64,000 nt of DNA from Naegleria gruberi (taxonomy: Eukaryota): assembly GCA_000004985.1 (NCBI GenBank), contig GG738895.1. One strand, given 5' to 3'. The notes under the pieces were generated by a model. That model saw nothing but the letters and a program-made list of their open reading frames with translations. It searched no databases and was not told where the DNA came from. The stretch's first letter is position 1; each line of letters opens with the position of its first letter. Position numbers and translations under genes: made by a program. Positions 45,501 to 57,370 of this stretch are shown piece after piece.

Positions 45501-48500
45501 TTGATTGATCTTGAGATCCTTTTCTATTTCGTTCATTCTTTCCTCACGTTGAGCGATACTATTAGATAAAGATTCCTTTTCTTGTGAGGAAGATTCTCTT
45601 AGTAACTTTAAGGACTCTTCTAATTCTTCAATCTTAGTCTCTAGTAAAACTATCGTTTCTTGTTTCTTGGTATTTTCTTGTTCAACGATAATAATCTTCT
45701 CTCCAAGAGTTTGCTTGTCGGATTTTGTTTGAGAAAGCTCTTCGGAAAGAGTATTGTTTTCTTCCTTTACGTGTTTCAATTTCTCTTTGGTTTCTTCCAA
45801 CTCTTTCAACAAGGAACCTTCCTTAAGATCAGAGCTAGAAAGAAGACTGTTCTTCTCTTGAGTAAGGGTTTCAACTTGTTTGTTTAGTGAAATAATTTCC
45901 ACTTCATTCTCCTTAATTTTCTCTGAAAGCTTGGACTTCTCAGAGATATGTTTTTCTAGTTCTCTAGTCTTTTCTTCAATAAGGTTTGTCAGGTCTGTCA
46001 ACTTCTTGTCTGCATCACTTGAGAGAGATTCGAGTTCTGAAATTCTACCTGCTGAGGTTTGCAATTGTGAAGTAGACTCAGCGAGTTGATCTTCTAGCTG
46101 CTTCTTTGCTTCCTCCAATTGTTGCAGTTTGTCAGCAAGTTGATTCTTTTCGGAAAGTAATTCACTAATTTGACTAGAAAGAGTATCAGAGCCTTGACCC
46201 AATCTTTCCAATTCATCCTTAGTTCTTTCTAAACTTTGGCTTGTTTCTTCCAACTTTTGTTTGTATTCTAATACTTGTTTATCCAATTGTTCATGAGCAC
46301 TAATTTCTTTAGAAAGTTCTTGTTCCTTTTGTTGAATAGTTGCAGAAAGTTCTTTTCTCTCCTTTGTCAATAAATCTTCAATGTCGTTCTTTTCTTTTTG
46401 AATCTTTTCAATTCTTTGCAGCAATCCTGAAACCTCTGATGATGTATTTTCTTTATCACTTGTAATAAGTTTTAATTGCTCTTCTAAATTGGAAATATTG
46501 GACAAGGCTCTTTCGAGATCAACCTTGAAAGTATCTCTTTCTTGGACAGTACCTTCGAGTTCTTGTTCCTTGTCCTGTAGCGATTTGGAAACTTGTGCAG
46601 ATTTTTCTTGTTCACTCTTCAGAGATTCTTCAAGGGTAGTAACTCTGGATTTGATTTCTACCAATTCCGTTGCTAGGTTTTTCTTTTCATCGTTAAGTTC
46701 AGAGACCTTTTGTTGTGATTCGGTGAGATTTTGTTTTAGTTCCTCGATAGTGGAATTGAGAGAAGTTATTGTTTTCTCGAGGTCATCTGATTTTTGCTTG
46801 AAATCCTCAATTTGAGATTCAAGCTCTTCATTTTGTTTTCTAACAGATTCGACTTCCTGACTGACTTTGGAAAGTTTCTCATCTAATGACCCATTTTGCA
46901 CCTTCAATGATTCATATTCTTGCAACAAGTTATTCAGCTTTTCCTTATGTTCTGACAATTCTTTGAAGAATGTTTCTTTCTCCTTTTCGGTTTGAGAAAG
47001 AACTTCCTTAGTTCTATTCATTTCATTTTGAAGGTTAATATACAGCGAATCCTTTGTTTCAGAATCATTAAGATTTTGATCTTGCAAATCTTTAAGTTGC
47101 TTCTTAATCGATTCAATCTCATTAAGAGATTTTTCTTTTTCATCACGAGTTTGTTCCAATGTCTTATTAATATTTACAAGTTCTTGTTGTGTATCTTGTA
47201 ATTGCTTTTCTAAAGATAGCTTCTCGGTGGAATGCTGTTCAATAGTTGTATTGTTCTGATTAACAAGATCTTCATATTTTTGGGAAAGGGTGTTATACTC
47301 CTTTTCTTGATTGTCTTTGTTTTCATTTAGACTGGAAATAGTAGCTTCTAACGATGAAATTTGTTGAGTTAAAGAAGAAACCTTATCTTGCAAATCAACT
47401 TTTGCTTTAGTTTCGGCTTCAATCTCGCTCTCTCTGGTCTTTAACTCCTTTCTAAGATTGGATTCCTTTTCAGAAACGTCAGAAAGGTTTGATTCAAGAC
47501 TTGAAATCTTTTCAGACATTTGCTTAACCTCATTGTTGAGTCTTTCCTTCTCTCTATTTGCCTCATCAAGTTGTTGCTCTTTTTGCTTAATATTGTTCAT
47601 CAGTTCTTGTGATAAACTTTCTTGACTTGCCAAGGAAGTAGTAATAAGTTGATTCTTTTCATTCTCGAGTTGAGTAACTTTTTCATTCAGTAACTTGATT
47701 TCACTTTCAAGTTCAACCTTATCCTTTTTGACTTGATCTAATTCTGAATCAATTCTACTGTTAAACTCAACTAACTCCAAATTGGTTTGCTTGATTGCAT
47801 TTAACTTTAGAAGAAGAAGATCTGTCATTTTATGCAACTCTTCTTGAATTTGATCCGGATGAATCTTTTCAAACTCGTTACTCTTGCTATGGTTAATAAA
47901 TTCGTCACTTAATTTGGTGGCTTCTTTAATCTTCTTCTTGAAGTCATTGTCTTCAGTCACTTGAGTCATAGCTTCTTCCAGTTTCTTCTTCAGCTTGTTG
48001 AATTCTTGAATACATGACAACAAAATTTCATGTTCCTTGTTGGTCTTTTGGAGATTATGATTAGTCTTCTCAAGTTGAGTAGTAATTTCTGATTTTTCCT
48101 TCAAAATCTTTTGAATAGATTCGTGATTCTCGTTATCTTCTTTTTCTTTCAACTTCTTCAAGCTTTCAAGTTCAGATCTGATAATCTCAATATCTTTTTC
48201 TTTTGAAGATGCTTCACTTTCATAATGCTTCTTCAAGAATTATAGTGTTTCCATATTTTTTAAAACTTACCTTAAGTCTTGTGAGCTCTGAATTTAACTC
48301 TTCATTTGTATGCTTGAGTTGTTTAACATTTTCTTCGAGATTATGAGATTTATCCTCTGATGCCTTCAACTTTAGAGAAACTGATGAAACCTCCTCTTGT
48401 ATTTCCTCAATACGACCTTCATACTCACGACTAGATTTTTCCTTCTCTGCATTATTTTCCTGAATAATGTCATCCTTTCTGGAAGATTCCTGTTTCAAGT

Positions 48501-49701
48501 TTTCAATACTTTCCTCCAAGGATTTAATTTGTTTTTGAAGTGTTTCCTTTTGTTCTTGCAAGGTATCAGATTCTGCTTCCATCTTTTAACATTATTAGAA
48601 ACATTGTTAAAATGTTGAAACCTACCTCTTCAAGCTTATCTTTTGTTTGCTTGATTTGTTGTTCATACTTTTGTTGGGCTTGTTTCGATTTGAGTTGAAT
48701 CTCAAACAATTTGCTGTCTGCCTCTTGTTGGGCTTCTTGGGCACGATCATATTCTTCCCTAAGATTTTTAGCTTCCTCCTGAATAATTCTCAACTTTTCC
48801 TCGAGTTCATCTCTTTCCTTTGCAATTTGAGATACTATGGATGTCTTGTCATCCCCTTCAAGCTCTTTAATACGTTTCTGAAGGGATTCTATTTGTTCAC
48901 GTAACTCTCCAACAATATTTTCCTCAGCAAGTGATCCTCTGCTGAGTATGAAGGAACCTCCATTTCTAGGTGTTCCATAATCCTGTTAATAATAAACAAA
49001 TATTATAATTTCCAAAATCTATATGTAAACATACATTGTGAGTGGCTTCATCTTCCTCTTCTCCATTATCTCCTCCTGTATATGTACTAACTCCATCAAA
49101 ATCATCATCACTATCAACCAATATATTGATCATCATTTGTTCAATTTAAAAACTTACAGTCCGGGAACATTTTTCAAGCATCTTGAATTGATGACAATTT
49201 TAAGTTTAGCTTTTCCGACAGGTTTTGGGATAACCAAGCTGAGTTCCTTTGTTTGTGTAACTTCCTCACTTTCATTAACAAATTGACCAAGATCAAGTTC
49301 CTCCTTTACCAAAACAGTATCTTTTGATTGGTGTGTTTTGTTATTTGTAACTCTTTCCTCAAGAGTAAGTACTAAATCCTTCTTTTGAAAAACACCCTTC
49401 TTTTTGACAAGTGTACCATTAAACTTGAAAGTAGTATTCCAAGTCACTCTTTCTCTGTCAATTTTGGTGTATGGTGTTTCACCTTTACGTTTCTTACCTC
49501 TCTTCCAATGAACCTATAAACAAATATAAGAAATTCCATTTGATTATTTAAAAAACATACTGCATAAAACACATCTTCATCAGGTGTTGGTTGACGAGAT
49601 AAACTTGAATTTTTAAAATCAAAGAGGTGATCAACAGACAAATTAAATTGGAATTTAACATTTTCCTTTCCACCTCCAAGGAAAGATTTCTTTTTCAACA
49701 T
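39525..49701 (-). CDS. Giant NT-C2 / coiled-coil / DIL (dilute) domain protein, about 3315 aa, 6 exons
   Basis: Exons are 49701..49561, 49513..49158, 49110..49035, 48982..48626, 48582..48271 and 48230..39525, totalling 9948 nt in frame, with 41-52 nt introns. The N-terminus is an NT-C2-type C2 domain, followed by about 2500 aa of heptad coiled coil. The C-terminal ~400 aa look like a myosin-V-type DIL cargo-binding domain. Confidence 0.75.
42080..45300 (-). repeat. Near-identical intragenic segmental duplications inside the giant coiled-coil exon
   Basis: Stretches of 100-300 nt at about 42180-42900 recur almost base-for-base at about 44515-45050, and 43230-43380 recurs at 45128-45280. Protein blocks such as SQLEETIKSLQQELKNA.EDGEQYKGQI occur 4 times, and RSELEQELESLEQEKEKADLEILEFTKKLRTSSSELEELQKKHLLAENK occurs twice. 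Confidence 0.65.
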
Positions 49702-50133
49702 GTTGTTGTTATTGGTGGTGATTGTACTAGTAGTGTATATAAATTAATAATAAATAAATTAAAACGCCTAAATTCTCTCCAAAAATTTCCAATAGTAATT
49801 AATTCTAACTATCAACACTCCAAATGTAAAACAGAAGCGTTCTCCAGTTTCCTAAATACTCTTGATGATGATACTTAATCAAAAAGCCTACTGATGCTTC
49901 CCGATGAGGATGATGAAAATTTTTTTTAAAAAGGCTTGAAGGATTAATTTGCTTGTTGATAGCTGTTGTGATCCAAAGTTTATTTTCTGCCACTCCGACA
50001 CCTGCTATTTGGAACTCAAATAGATTTTAAAAATAAATTTAAATTTTTTTAAAATATCAAATTGGATATTTGTTTTTGGTAAAATTGCCCCTTGTCAAAG
50101 GCAAGTGACATTTTAATAGAAAATTGAAATTCT

Positions 50134-51965
50134 TTAATGTTTGTCAACAACCATAGTCTTGGCATTACACCATTCAAGAATACCTTCAGAACCACATTCT
50201 CTACCATAACCACTTTCCTTAACACCACCGAATGGCATTTCTGGGCTTGATCTAACAACACCATTAACAAAGGCCATACCACATTCAAGTTTTTCAGCAA
50301 TCTTGGAAGCTTTCTTGACATCCTTACTATAAACACTACCACCAAGACCATAGATGCTTTCATTAGCCAATTGAACAGCATGATCAGCATTTTCAGCAGC
50401 AACAACAACGAAAACTGGTCCAAAGAGTTCATTATGGAATGCAAAATTATCAGTTGTAACATTTGACAAAACAGTTGGTTGATAGAAGAAACCATTGCTC
50501 AATTCACCTGACAAACTAGCCTTAGAACCACCAGCCAAAACCTTAGCACCTTGACTAACACAGAGTTTAACTTGATCATCCAATTTGTCCATCAAATCTT
50601 TTCTGGCCATTGGACCAACATCATTACCTCTAACAAGTGGATCACCCAATTTTAAGCTCTTAACCTTTTCAGCGAGCATTTTTTCAAATTGTGGAAGAAC
50701 TTCCTTTTCAACAATTAATCTCTTAGCAGCAATACAAGTTTGTCCACAATTGTTAATTCTTGAAACAACAGCATTCTTGACAGCAAGTTCCAAATCGGCA
50801 TCCTTAAGAACAATGAAAGCATCAGCACCTCCCAATTCCAAAACGTGCTTCTTAAGATTGGAAGCAGCTTGGCTGGCAATAATTTTACCAACTTGAGTAC
50901 TACCAGTGAATGCAACACCACGAATCTTATTGTGACTAATAGTAGTACTAACTTGTTGATTTTCAAGGAAGACATTTTGATAAATCTTGTTCAATTCAGA
51001 TGGAGCACCACTTTAAGAATGATGTTAACATTTTTTGTAAAATTATAATGAACTACATACGCTTTAGCAAGAGCTTCTTCAAATAAATCTTGAATTGATT
51101 TAGCACAAGTGGGAACTTGGTGATTGTGTCTAATCATAACAGTGTTACCAGCCATCATTGCAGGAACACAGAATCTAATAACTTGCCAGTATGGGAAATT
51201 GCTAATTAAATTGAAAATAAACACATTCACATTACAGAGTACAACTACTTACAATGGGGCACATTGAAGAACTGGTCCAAGTGGTTGGTAGACAACTCTA
51301 CTGAACATCTTTTCATTATCAAAAACAACCTTATCACGCAAAACACTTTCAGAAGTCTTGACATAATATCTGATGAGAGATGCACACTTTTCAGCTTCAG
51401 CAACACCTTGAGCAACTGGTTTACCCATATCCAAAGCCATCATTTTAGCTAATTCTTCCTTGTGAGCTTCGAATGCATCAGCAAGTGGATTCATGATTTG
51501 AGAACGCCATTGAATTAATTCAGCAATTTCCTTTGGATTTTCTATTTTGTTAATTCCACAATAATTTCGTTATTATTAATTATTATTATTTGTTGTTTGT
51601 CGTTGATGATAATTTAAATTATTCACATCACAAATTCCACATCAATTTAAAATCCAAAATTCCATCATCGTCATCACAAAATAATTCCGAAACCTCTAGT
51701 ATATAAAAACGTCCTCCATCTAAAACAACCTACCTGAGTATAATTGTGGATTCCAAGCTTGGAATGACTTCCAACTTTCTTGAATAGCTTGTTCCAATTG
51801 TTGATCAGAAAGACATTCAAATTGTTTGGTCAACTTTCCGTTAGTTGGATTGATAGAATTATAGTGAGTGTTCAACTTGGAGCTAGTGGAAAAACACTTG
51901 TCATTGCTTGAAGCAACTTTTCTCAATTGATTTAATGCTGAAGAAGCCTTCTTTGATTGATTCAT
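50134..51965 (-). CDS. Aldehyde dehydrogenase, succinate-semialdehyde dehydrogenase-like, 512 aa, 4 exons
   Basis: Exons 51965..51734, 51541..51253, 51201..51061 and 51010..50134 total 1539 nt in frame. ALDH motifs: PWNFP-like FNFPYWQ, ELGG (LELGGADA), catalytic Cys region NCGQTCIAAKR, Glu region PFGGVKESGYGRE. Introns are 192, 51 and 50 nt. Confidence 0.85.
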
Positions 51966-52142
51966 TTTTTTAATTGCAATTTTTGTGGGGAGTTTTTGCA
52001 ATTCAATTTCAATTATTGCTCAATAGTTAATTGAGAAATGAGGTTGAAGATCATGTTCAAATTGAATTGTTGTAAAAAGTAACAATTTCAACACTGTAAA
52101 TTACAACCCAAATACAGCCCCAATTTTCCAACAATTTAAAAA

Positions 52143-53635
52143 ATGTCTCGACAATTACTTAGCAGTGGTGGTTTGTTGATTGGAGTTGTGTTGTTTGTGG
52201 CTACAATGTTACAATCATTTACTACTGATCAATATCATCATTCAATGGTTGAAGCCACTAAAATATCAACCAATGCATTTCCGAATAATTACAAGGAGAA
52301 AGTTGATCAAATTTGCCAACACATCATCAAAGGAGAAGAAAAGGGAAAGCTCTATGATTTATTGGCCTTCTTAACAGATACTTATGGCAGTAGATTGGTT
52401 GGAACTGAAGGTTTTGATTTGACTTGCAAACATTTTGCCAAACTAATGCAAGCCAATGGTTTTGATAATGTTCATACTGAACCTGTTTATAATATTACAC
52501 ATTGGAGAAGAGGAGAACCTGAATCATTAATCATGCATGAACCTAGATACATTCCACGTATGGAAGTATTGGCATTAGGTACAAGTCCTCCTGGTTCAGT
52601 AAAATCAGAAGTTATTGTGCTGAAGAGTTATGAAGAATTGGATCAATATGATGTTAGAGGAAAGATTGTACTTTTCAATCTTCCTTGGCAAGGTACTTAT
52701 GGTAAATCAGTAATTTTTAGAACTAGAGGACCTGCAGAAGCTGCTAAAAGAGGAGCTGCTGCATGTTTAGTGAGAAGTGTGACCCCATTCTCAATTTATT
52801 CAGCTCACACTGGTGGAACTAATTTCCAAGACGATGAAAAGAGGATTCCAGCTGCCACTATTACTGTAGAAGATGCTGACATGATTGAAAGAATGATTAA
52901 GAGAGGTCAACGAGTTGTCCTGTCATTGAAACTCAATTGTGAAAATCTTCCACCTCTAACCTCTTACAATACACTTGGTGAAATTACTGGAAGTACCTAT
53001 CCAAATGAAGTTATTGTTGTGGGAGGACATATGGACTCTTGGGATTTGAATTCTTGTCCTATGGATGACATTGGAGGAATTTTGACATTCTATGAAGGTA
53101 TGAAAACACTTATCAAACTTGGATTGAGACCAAAGAGAACTATTCGATTGGTTGCCTTCACTGCTGTAAGTAATCTGAAATTTAATTAAGATTAAATAAT
53201 TTAAAATAGGAAGAATTTGGTGGTGGTCGTTTTGGTGGTATGAGTTATGTCAAAGAGCATGAAAAGGAACTCAAAGATCATATTCTTGCAATTGAATCAG
53301 ATGCAGGACCATTTAAACCTCTTGGATTCGAATTTACTGGAGGAGAGGAAGGTAGAAAACTTGTTGAACTAATTGCCAGTACATTATTCACAAATATCAA
53401 CACAACACAAGTTACAGATAATGGTGGTGGAGCTGATGTTGATCCTCTTTATCAAGTAGCTGGTATTCCAGTAATGTCACCTAAAGTAGAAGGAAGTAAA
53501 TACTTTTGGTTCCATCACTCTAAGGCTGACACAATGACAGTTCTTAACACTGATGATTTAGATTTGGCAGCTGCTCAAATGGGTGCTTTCTTATATGTAG
53601 TTGCTGATATGGATGTAAGATTCCCAAGAAATTAA
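52143..53635 (+). CDS. M28-family metallopeptidase (carboxypeptidase Q / plasma glutamate carboxypeptidase-like) with signal peptide and PA domain, 482 aa, 2 exons
   Basis: Exons 52143..53165 and 53210..53635, joined by a 44-nt GTAAGTAA...AAAATAG intron. The N-terminus MSRQLLSSGGLLIGVVLFVA is a signal/anchor, and zinc-ligand motifs GGHMDSWD and EEFGG are present. Confidence 0.8.
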
Positions 53636-53753
53636 AAGTCTTCTTTTCGGCTCTCAAAATTTCAATACTTGTAAATTAAACTTTTTAGTGCTTCAATGTT
53701 TGTTGTATTGTTCTTTTATGGAATATGGAAAATATTTTTAGAATTAAAAAAAA

Positions 53754-54458
53754 ATGTCAGGAGACGATCATCACCAACACCATCATCATCACAGTGGAGG
53801 ATGTTGTTCCGAAGCCCATAGTGGAGATTTTCATGAACACGATCATCATTGCGAACATGATCACGGAGCACATGATAAGAATGAATTAGAAGGATTTCAA
53901 CAAACACTCTATCCATATATTGATAAAATTCATGTCCGTTGTTTGAATGAACATAAACTAAATGCTTGCCAATCAATTATTAGACCATACGATCAAAGAA
54001 AATCAAAAGATGGATATTTGGAAAGTGCTGTTGATGAGGAATTATTACTTGTTGTTCCTTTTACAGTTTCAACAAATTTAAAATCTTTTCAAATTATTGG
54101 AGGAGACAATGAGTCATGTCCAAGCAAAGTCAAAATATTCAAGAATAATGAATTATTAGATATTGAAACTGCTACACAAAAGAAGGCTGATCAAGAGCTT
54201 GATTTAACTTTTGATATTGAAGGAACTTATGACTTTTTGTTAAAGCAAAGCAAGTTCAATAACTGCCAATCTATTACTCTCTTCTTCCCTTCAAATTTTG
54301 GAGCTGAAAATACAAGGATTTCATATATTGGATTTAAGGGAGATTACTCTGATTTTAAGAGAAGAGCTGTAGAAGCAATTTATGAATCTGCTCCTCAAAT
54401 GAAGGATCATAAAGTAGATTGTGAATGGACCAATTCCAAGACAATTGGTGGACAATAA
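53754..54458 (+). CDS. PITHD1: PITH-domain protein (PITHD1-like) with His/Cys-rich N-terminus
   Basis: The PITH (proteasome-interacting thioredoxin) beta-sandwich spans about aa 45-200. The first 40 aa are MSGDDHHQHHHHHSGGCCSEAHSGDFHEHDHHCEHDHGAHDK. Confidence 0.7.
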   Translation: MSGDDHHQHHHHHSGGCCSEAHSGDFHEHDHHCEHDHGAHDKNELEGFQQTLYPYIDKIHVRCLNEHKLNACQSIIRPYDQRKSKDGYLESAVDEELLLVVPFTVSTNLKSFQIIGGDNESCPSKVKIFKNNELLDIETATQKKADQELDLTFDIEGTYDFLLKQSKFNNCQSITLFFPSNFGAENTRISYIGFKGDYSDFKRRAVEAIYESAPQMKDHKVDCEWTNSKTIGGQ

Positions 54459-54571
54459 TTTTTTAACATCTAAATCTATTAATTTATTAGCTACTACTCA
54501 TTTCACAATGTTAAAAAATATTCTACCACACTCACTATATAAAATTTGTAAATAAAGAAATAAGTATGGAA

Positions 54572-56929
54572 TTATTCTCTCAATAAGGCTTCGAATTGTG
54601 GAGCAATCTTGTTAATTCTTTGTTCGAATAATTCGTTTGCCTTATCAAGTCTTTGACTTAGCGCTTTGAATTCATTTCCAGTAGTTGTAAGTTTCTTAAG
54701 AACTGCATAACTTTGTTGCCAGAATGGGATTGCAACTTCTCTGAATTCTTTATATGGATTTTGACAACAGAGGAACATGGATTTAAAGTTCTTTGGACTG
54801 AGTTTGTCTTCTGGGGTTGACAAAAGGTAATAAGCCAAAATACCCATAATATTGTTATGGTCAACAGAAAAACCAGTGATATCTCTCATAGTAGACATGA
54901 CACCTGATAAACTTTCAGATGAAATACTACGAGACATGTATACTGCTGTCAATAATGATTCATACAAGTGAGCAATATTTGTTTGCAATAATTTAACAAT
55001 GGAATAGTAAATAGCGAGATCTAACTTGATTAATCCTGTCCAACCACTCTTAGACAATGATGTACGTCTAAATGTTAATGGAACAAGACTCAAAATTCTA
55101 GTGATCAACAATATTTCATCTTCATTTTCAATCTTTTCCTCAACTGCGTATGGTTTTTCGTAAGTCCAAGAAGCAGTAAGAATGTTCATCTTGGCTAATT
55201 CAACGAGCACAAGTGTTTGTTCTATATGAGTCTTGGCATTAGATAAAACCTTTCCTTTAGAGGACAAGATGTCTAATGATCCTTGTTGTGGTTTCTTAAT
55301 ATATCCCAAAGTTTCCAAAACTTTCAAGTGAATAAATGTTTTAACTTCATTTGGTGTGGTAAAGTTTTGCATTTGATTCTTCTTGAGAAGTGTTGGTTTC
55401 AAATTCAATACCAAGCCCAATGACATAGAGTTATTGGTATATGTAATTTTCTGTTGTTGAAGATATTTGGTGATGTTTGCTTCATTAATTTGGAATTGAA
55501 GGCCATCCATAAATACATTTACAGGTTTTCTTTCTATATAAATTGTGTCGTTAGAATTTTCATCTGAAGAGTTATATCTAACAAGCATAACATTTTTGTG
55601 TTTAAAGTAGTCATTCATTTCACTAGTCAAATAGTTCAATGATGATGTATAAATAGGTTTCCAAGTGTTGATAAATTCCTTATATTCCAAAGAATCAAAA
55701 AGAGGATTTGGTTCATAAAATACTCCATTCACTAAATTTCCGACCAATTGTGGTGATAAAATACCATGACAAATTAAAAAGTAAATTTCTTCAGGTAATC
55801 TTTCTCCAACAATTTCTTCAAAGTCTCTAGGAAGAGCATCTCTATTCATTACAACAACTGTATTTCCAATAAAATCCAAAACTGGATGATGCATAATCAA
55901 ATACTTATTTAACAAGAAAGGCACTGTAAGATCCTCACGAGAATTCATTGTAAGAATACTTTTAGCTGAACCAATTCCTTTGATATTATCAATTTCTGTT
56001 TTGAAACGATCCTCTTTCTTTACAGTATTTTGGAATGGTGAAGGAGAAGAAAATCCTTTGAAAAAATAGCTTCCTGAAAGAAGAGCTGCATCCAAAAATT
56101 GATTGCTACTAATTCTTTCTTGTGTAAGAATTGTCTTCTTTTCCACATATTGGAATGTCTTTTCATCAAAATTAAGTGAGAAAATAACTTTAGGAATATC
56201 AAACATTAATAATTCTTCATCTCCCATAACACCATTAACCAATTTAGCATCAGACATGTATGACAGTTGTCCCCAAGCTAAATATGGTGCTCTCAAAAAT
56301 TCGATATCATTTTCATTAAACAATTCAAATAATGCATTAAGAGTGTCAATTGATGCCAAAAATTGATTTCCTTGTGCTGTTTACAAAGTGTGTAATTTTA
56401 AATATTAATTAATATTAATACAAACCTCTAGAGAATAACATAAGGGCTTCTCTCTTTTGATCCTTTTCATAAGAACCCCAAGCAGATTTCAAAGAAACTG
56501 TTCTAGCTTGATATATACTTGTTGAGCGTTCCTTCTTTACGCAATTAATACCATTAAATACAAAAACTGGTGTAATTCCAGCATCCCTAAATATATTTGA
56601 AAACTATTTCTTCATCAAATACTTACTTGAATTGTTTTAAATTAGTTTGAACCAATAAAGCTAATGAAATAGGAGTACCTCCTGTAGCCATTTGGAAAGG
56701 TTCATGTTTTTCATCATATAAAACTTTCAACCAATGAAATCCATCAATTCCTATTTTACATCCACGAAGAGCATCAAGAGATTCCTTTTTAATAAAGTTT
56801 TTTTCAGATAAATAACCTATACAATCATGATGATAATAATAATATTAAAAATTCCGTAATGAAATTAATCCACAATTAATTCACTTGATGATTAATAAAA
56901 AACATACTAGACAATCCTTGAATCGTCAT
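54572..56929 (-). CDS. XPG-N/PIN-like nuclease-fold protein (MKT1 / FEN1-family N-domain), about 750 aa, 4 exons, with an apparent frameshift in exon 2
   Basis: Exon 1 is 56929..56908 (MTIQGLS). Exon 2 is 56815..56627 (YLSEKNFIKKESLDALRG / CKIGIDGFHWLKVLYDEK..TGGTPISLALLVQTNLKQF). Exon 3 is 56586..56426 (DAGITPVFVFNG...). Exon 4 is 56376..54572. The XPG-N signature (M.IQGL, IDG, G.TP, ITPVFVFNG) is clear, but the ESLDALRG and CKIGIDG blocks are in frames offset by 1 nt near 56757. Confidence 0.5.
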
Positions 56930-57046
56930 TTTGATCAAATAAATGTAATACTATTAACAAAATTTATTACAACAACAATGTTCTTGTTATTGTATTTTTT
57001 TTAATTTAAATTTAGGAAATTTTTGCTTGCCAGTTCTTCTTGCAAT

Positions 57047-57058
57047 TTTGGCGCCAAA
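57047..57058. promoter_or_regulatory. Perfect palindromic E2F-type site TTTGGCGCCAAA in the divergent promoter between the XPG-N gene and the membrane-protein gene
   Basis: Exact 12-bp palindrome identical to the classic high-affinity E2F/DP site. Confidence 0.35.
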
Positions 57059-57370
57059 TTATATTACTTTTCTATGTGATAGTGATGAACATAATCTTTT
57101 CATGATTTATAACTTTTAACTTTCTTGTTGTGAAAGGAAAGGGGGTTTGTGTGATTCTTATTAAATAAAATTAAAAAATAAAAAAAATTAAATTCGGAAC
57201 GGACATTGATGATTTAAGACTTACGCTATGATTAGATTAATAATTCATTTCAGTGCTAGTAAATAGATAGGACATTGAAAAACTCAAGTCCTCGGTTGTC
57301 CTTCATCCTATAGCCATTTGATCGGTAAACGAAATTACATTCAAAAGATAACCTTTGAAAAAAAACAACA

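Noticed and set aside
39565-47201. Many 60-145 aa plus-strand ORFs (Ser/Phe/Leu-rich) across 39.5-48.6 kb, plus similar minus-strand ORFs inside the 27.9-33.4 kb gene
   Set aside because: These are antisense or out-of-frame readings of GAA/AAG-rich coiled-coil coding sequence, with no start context and no domains.
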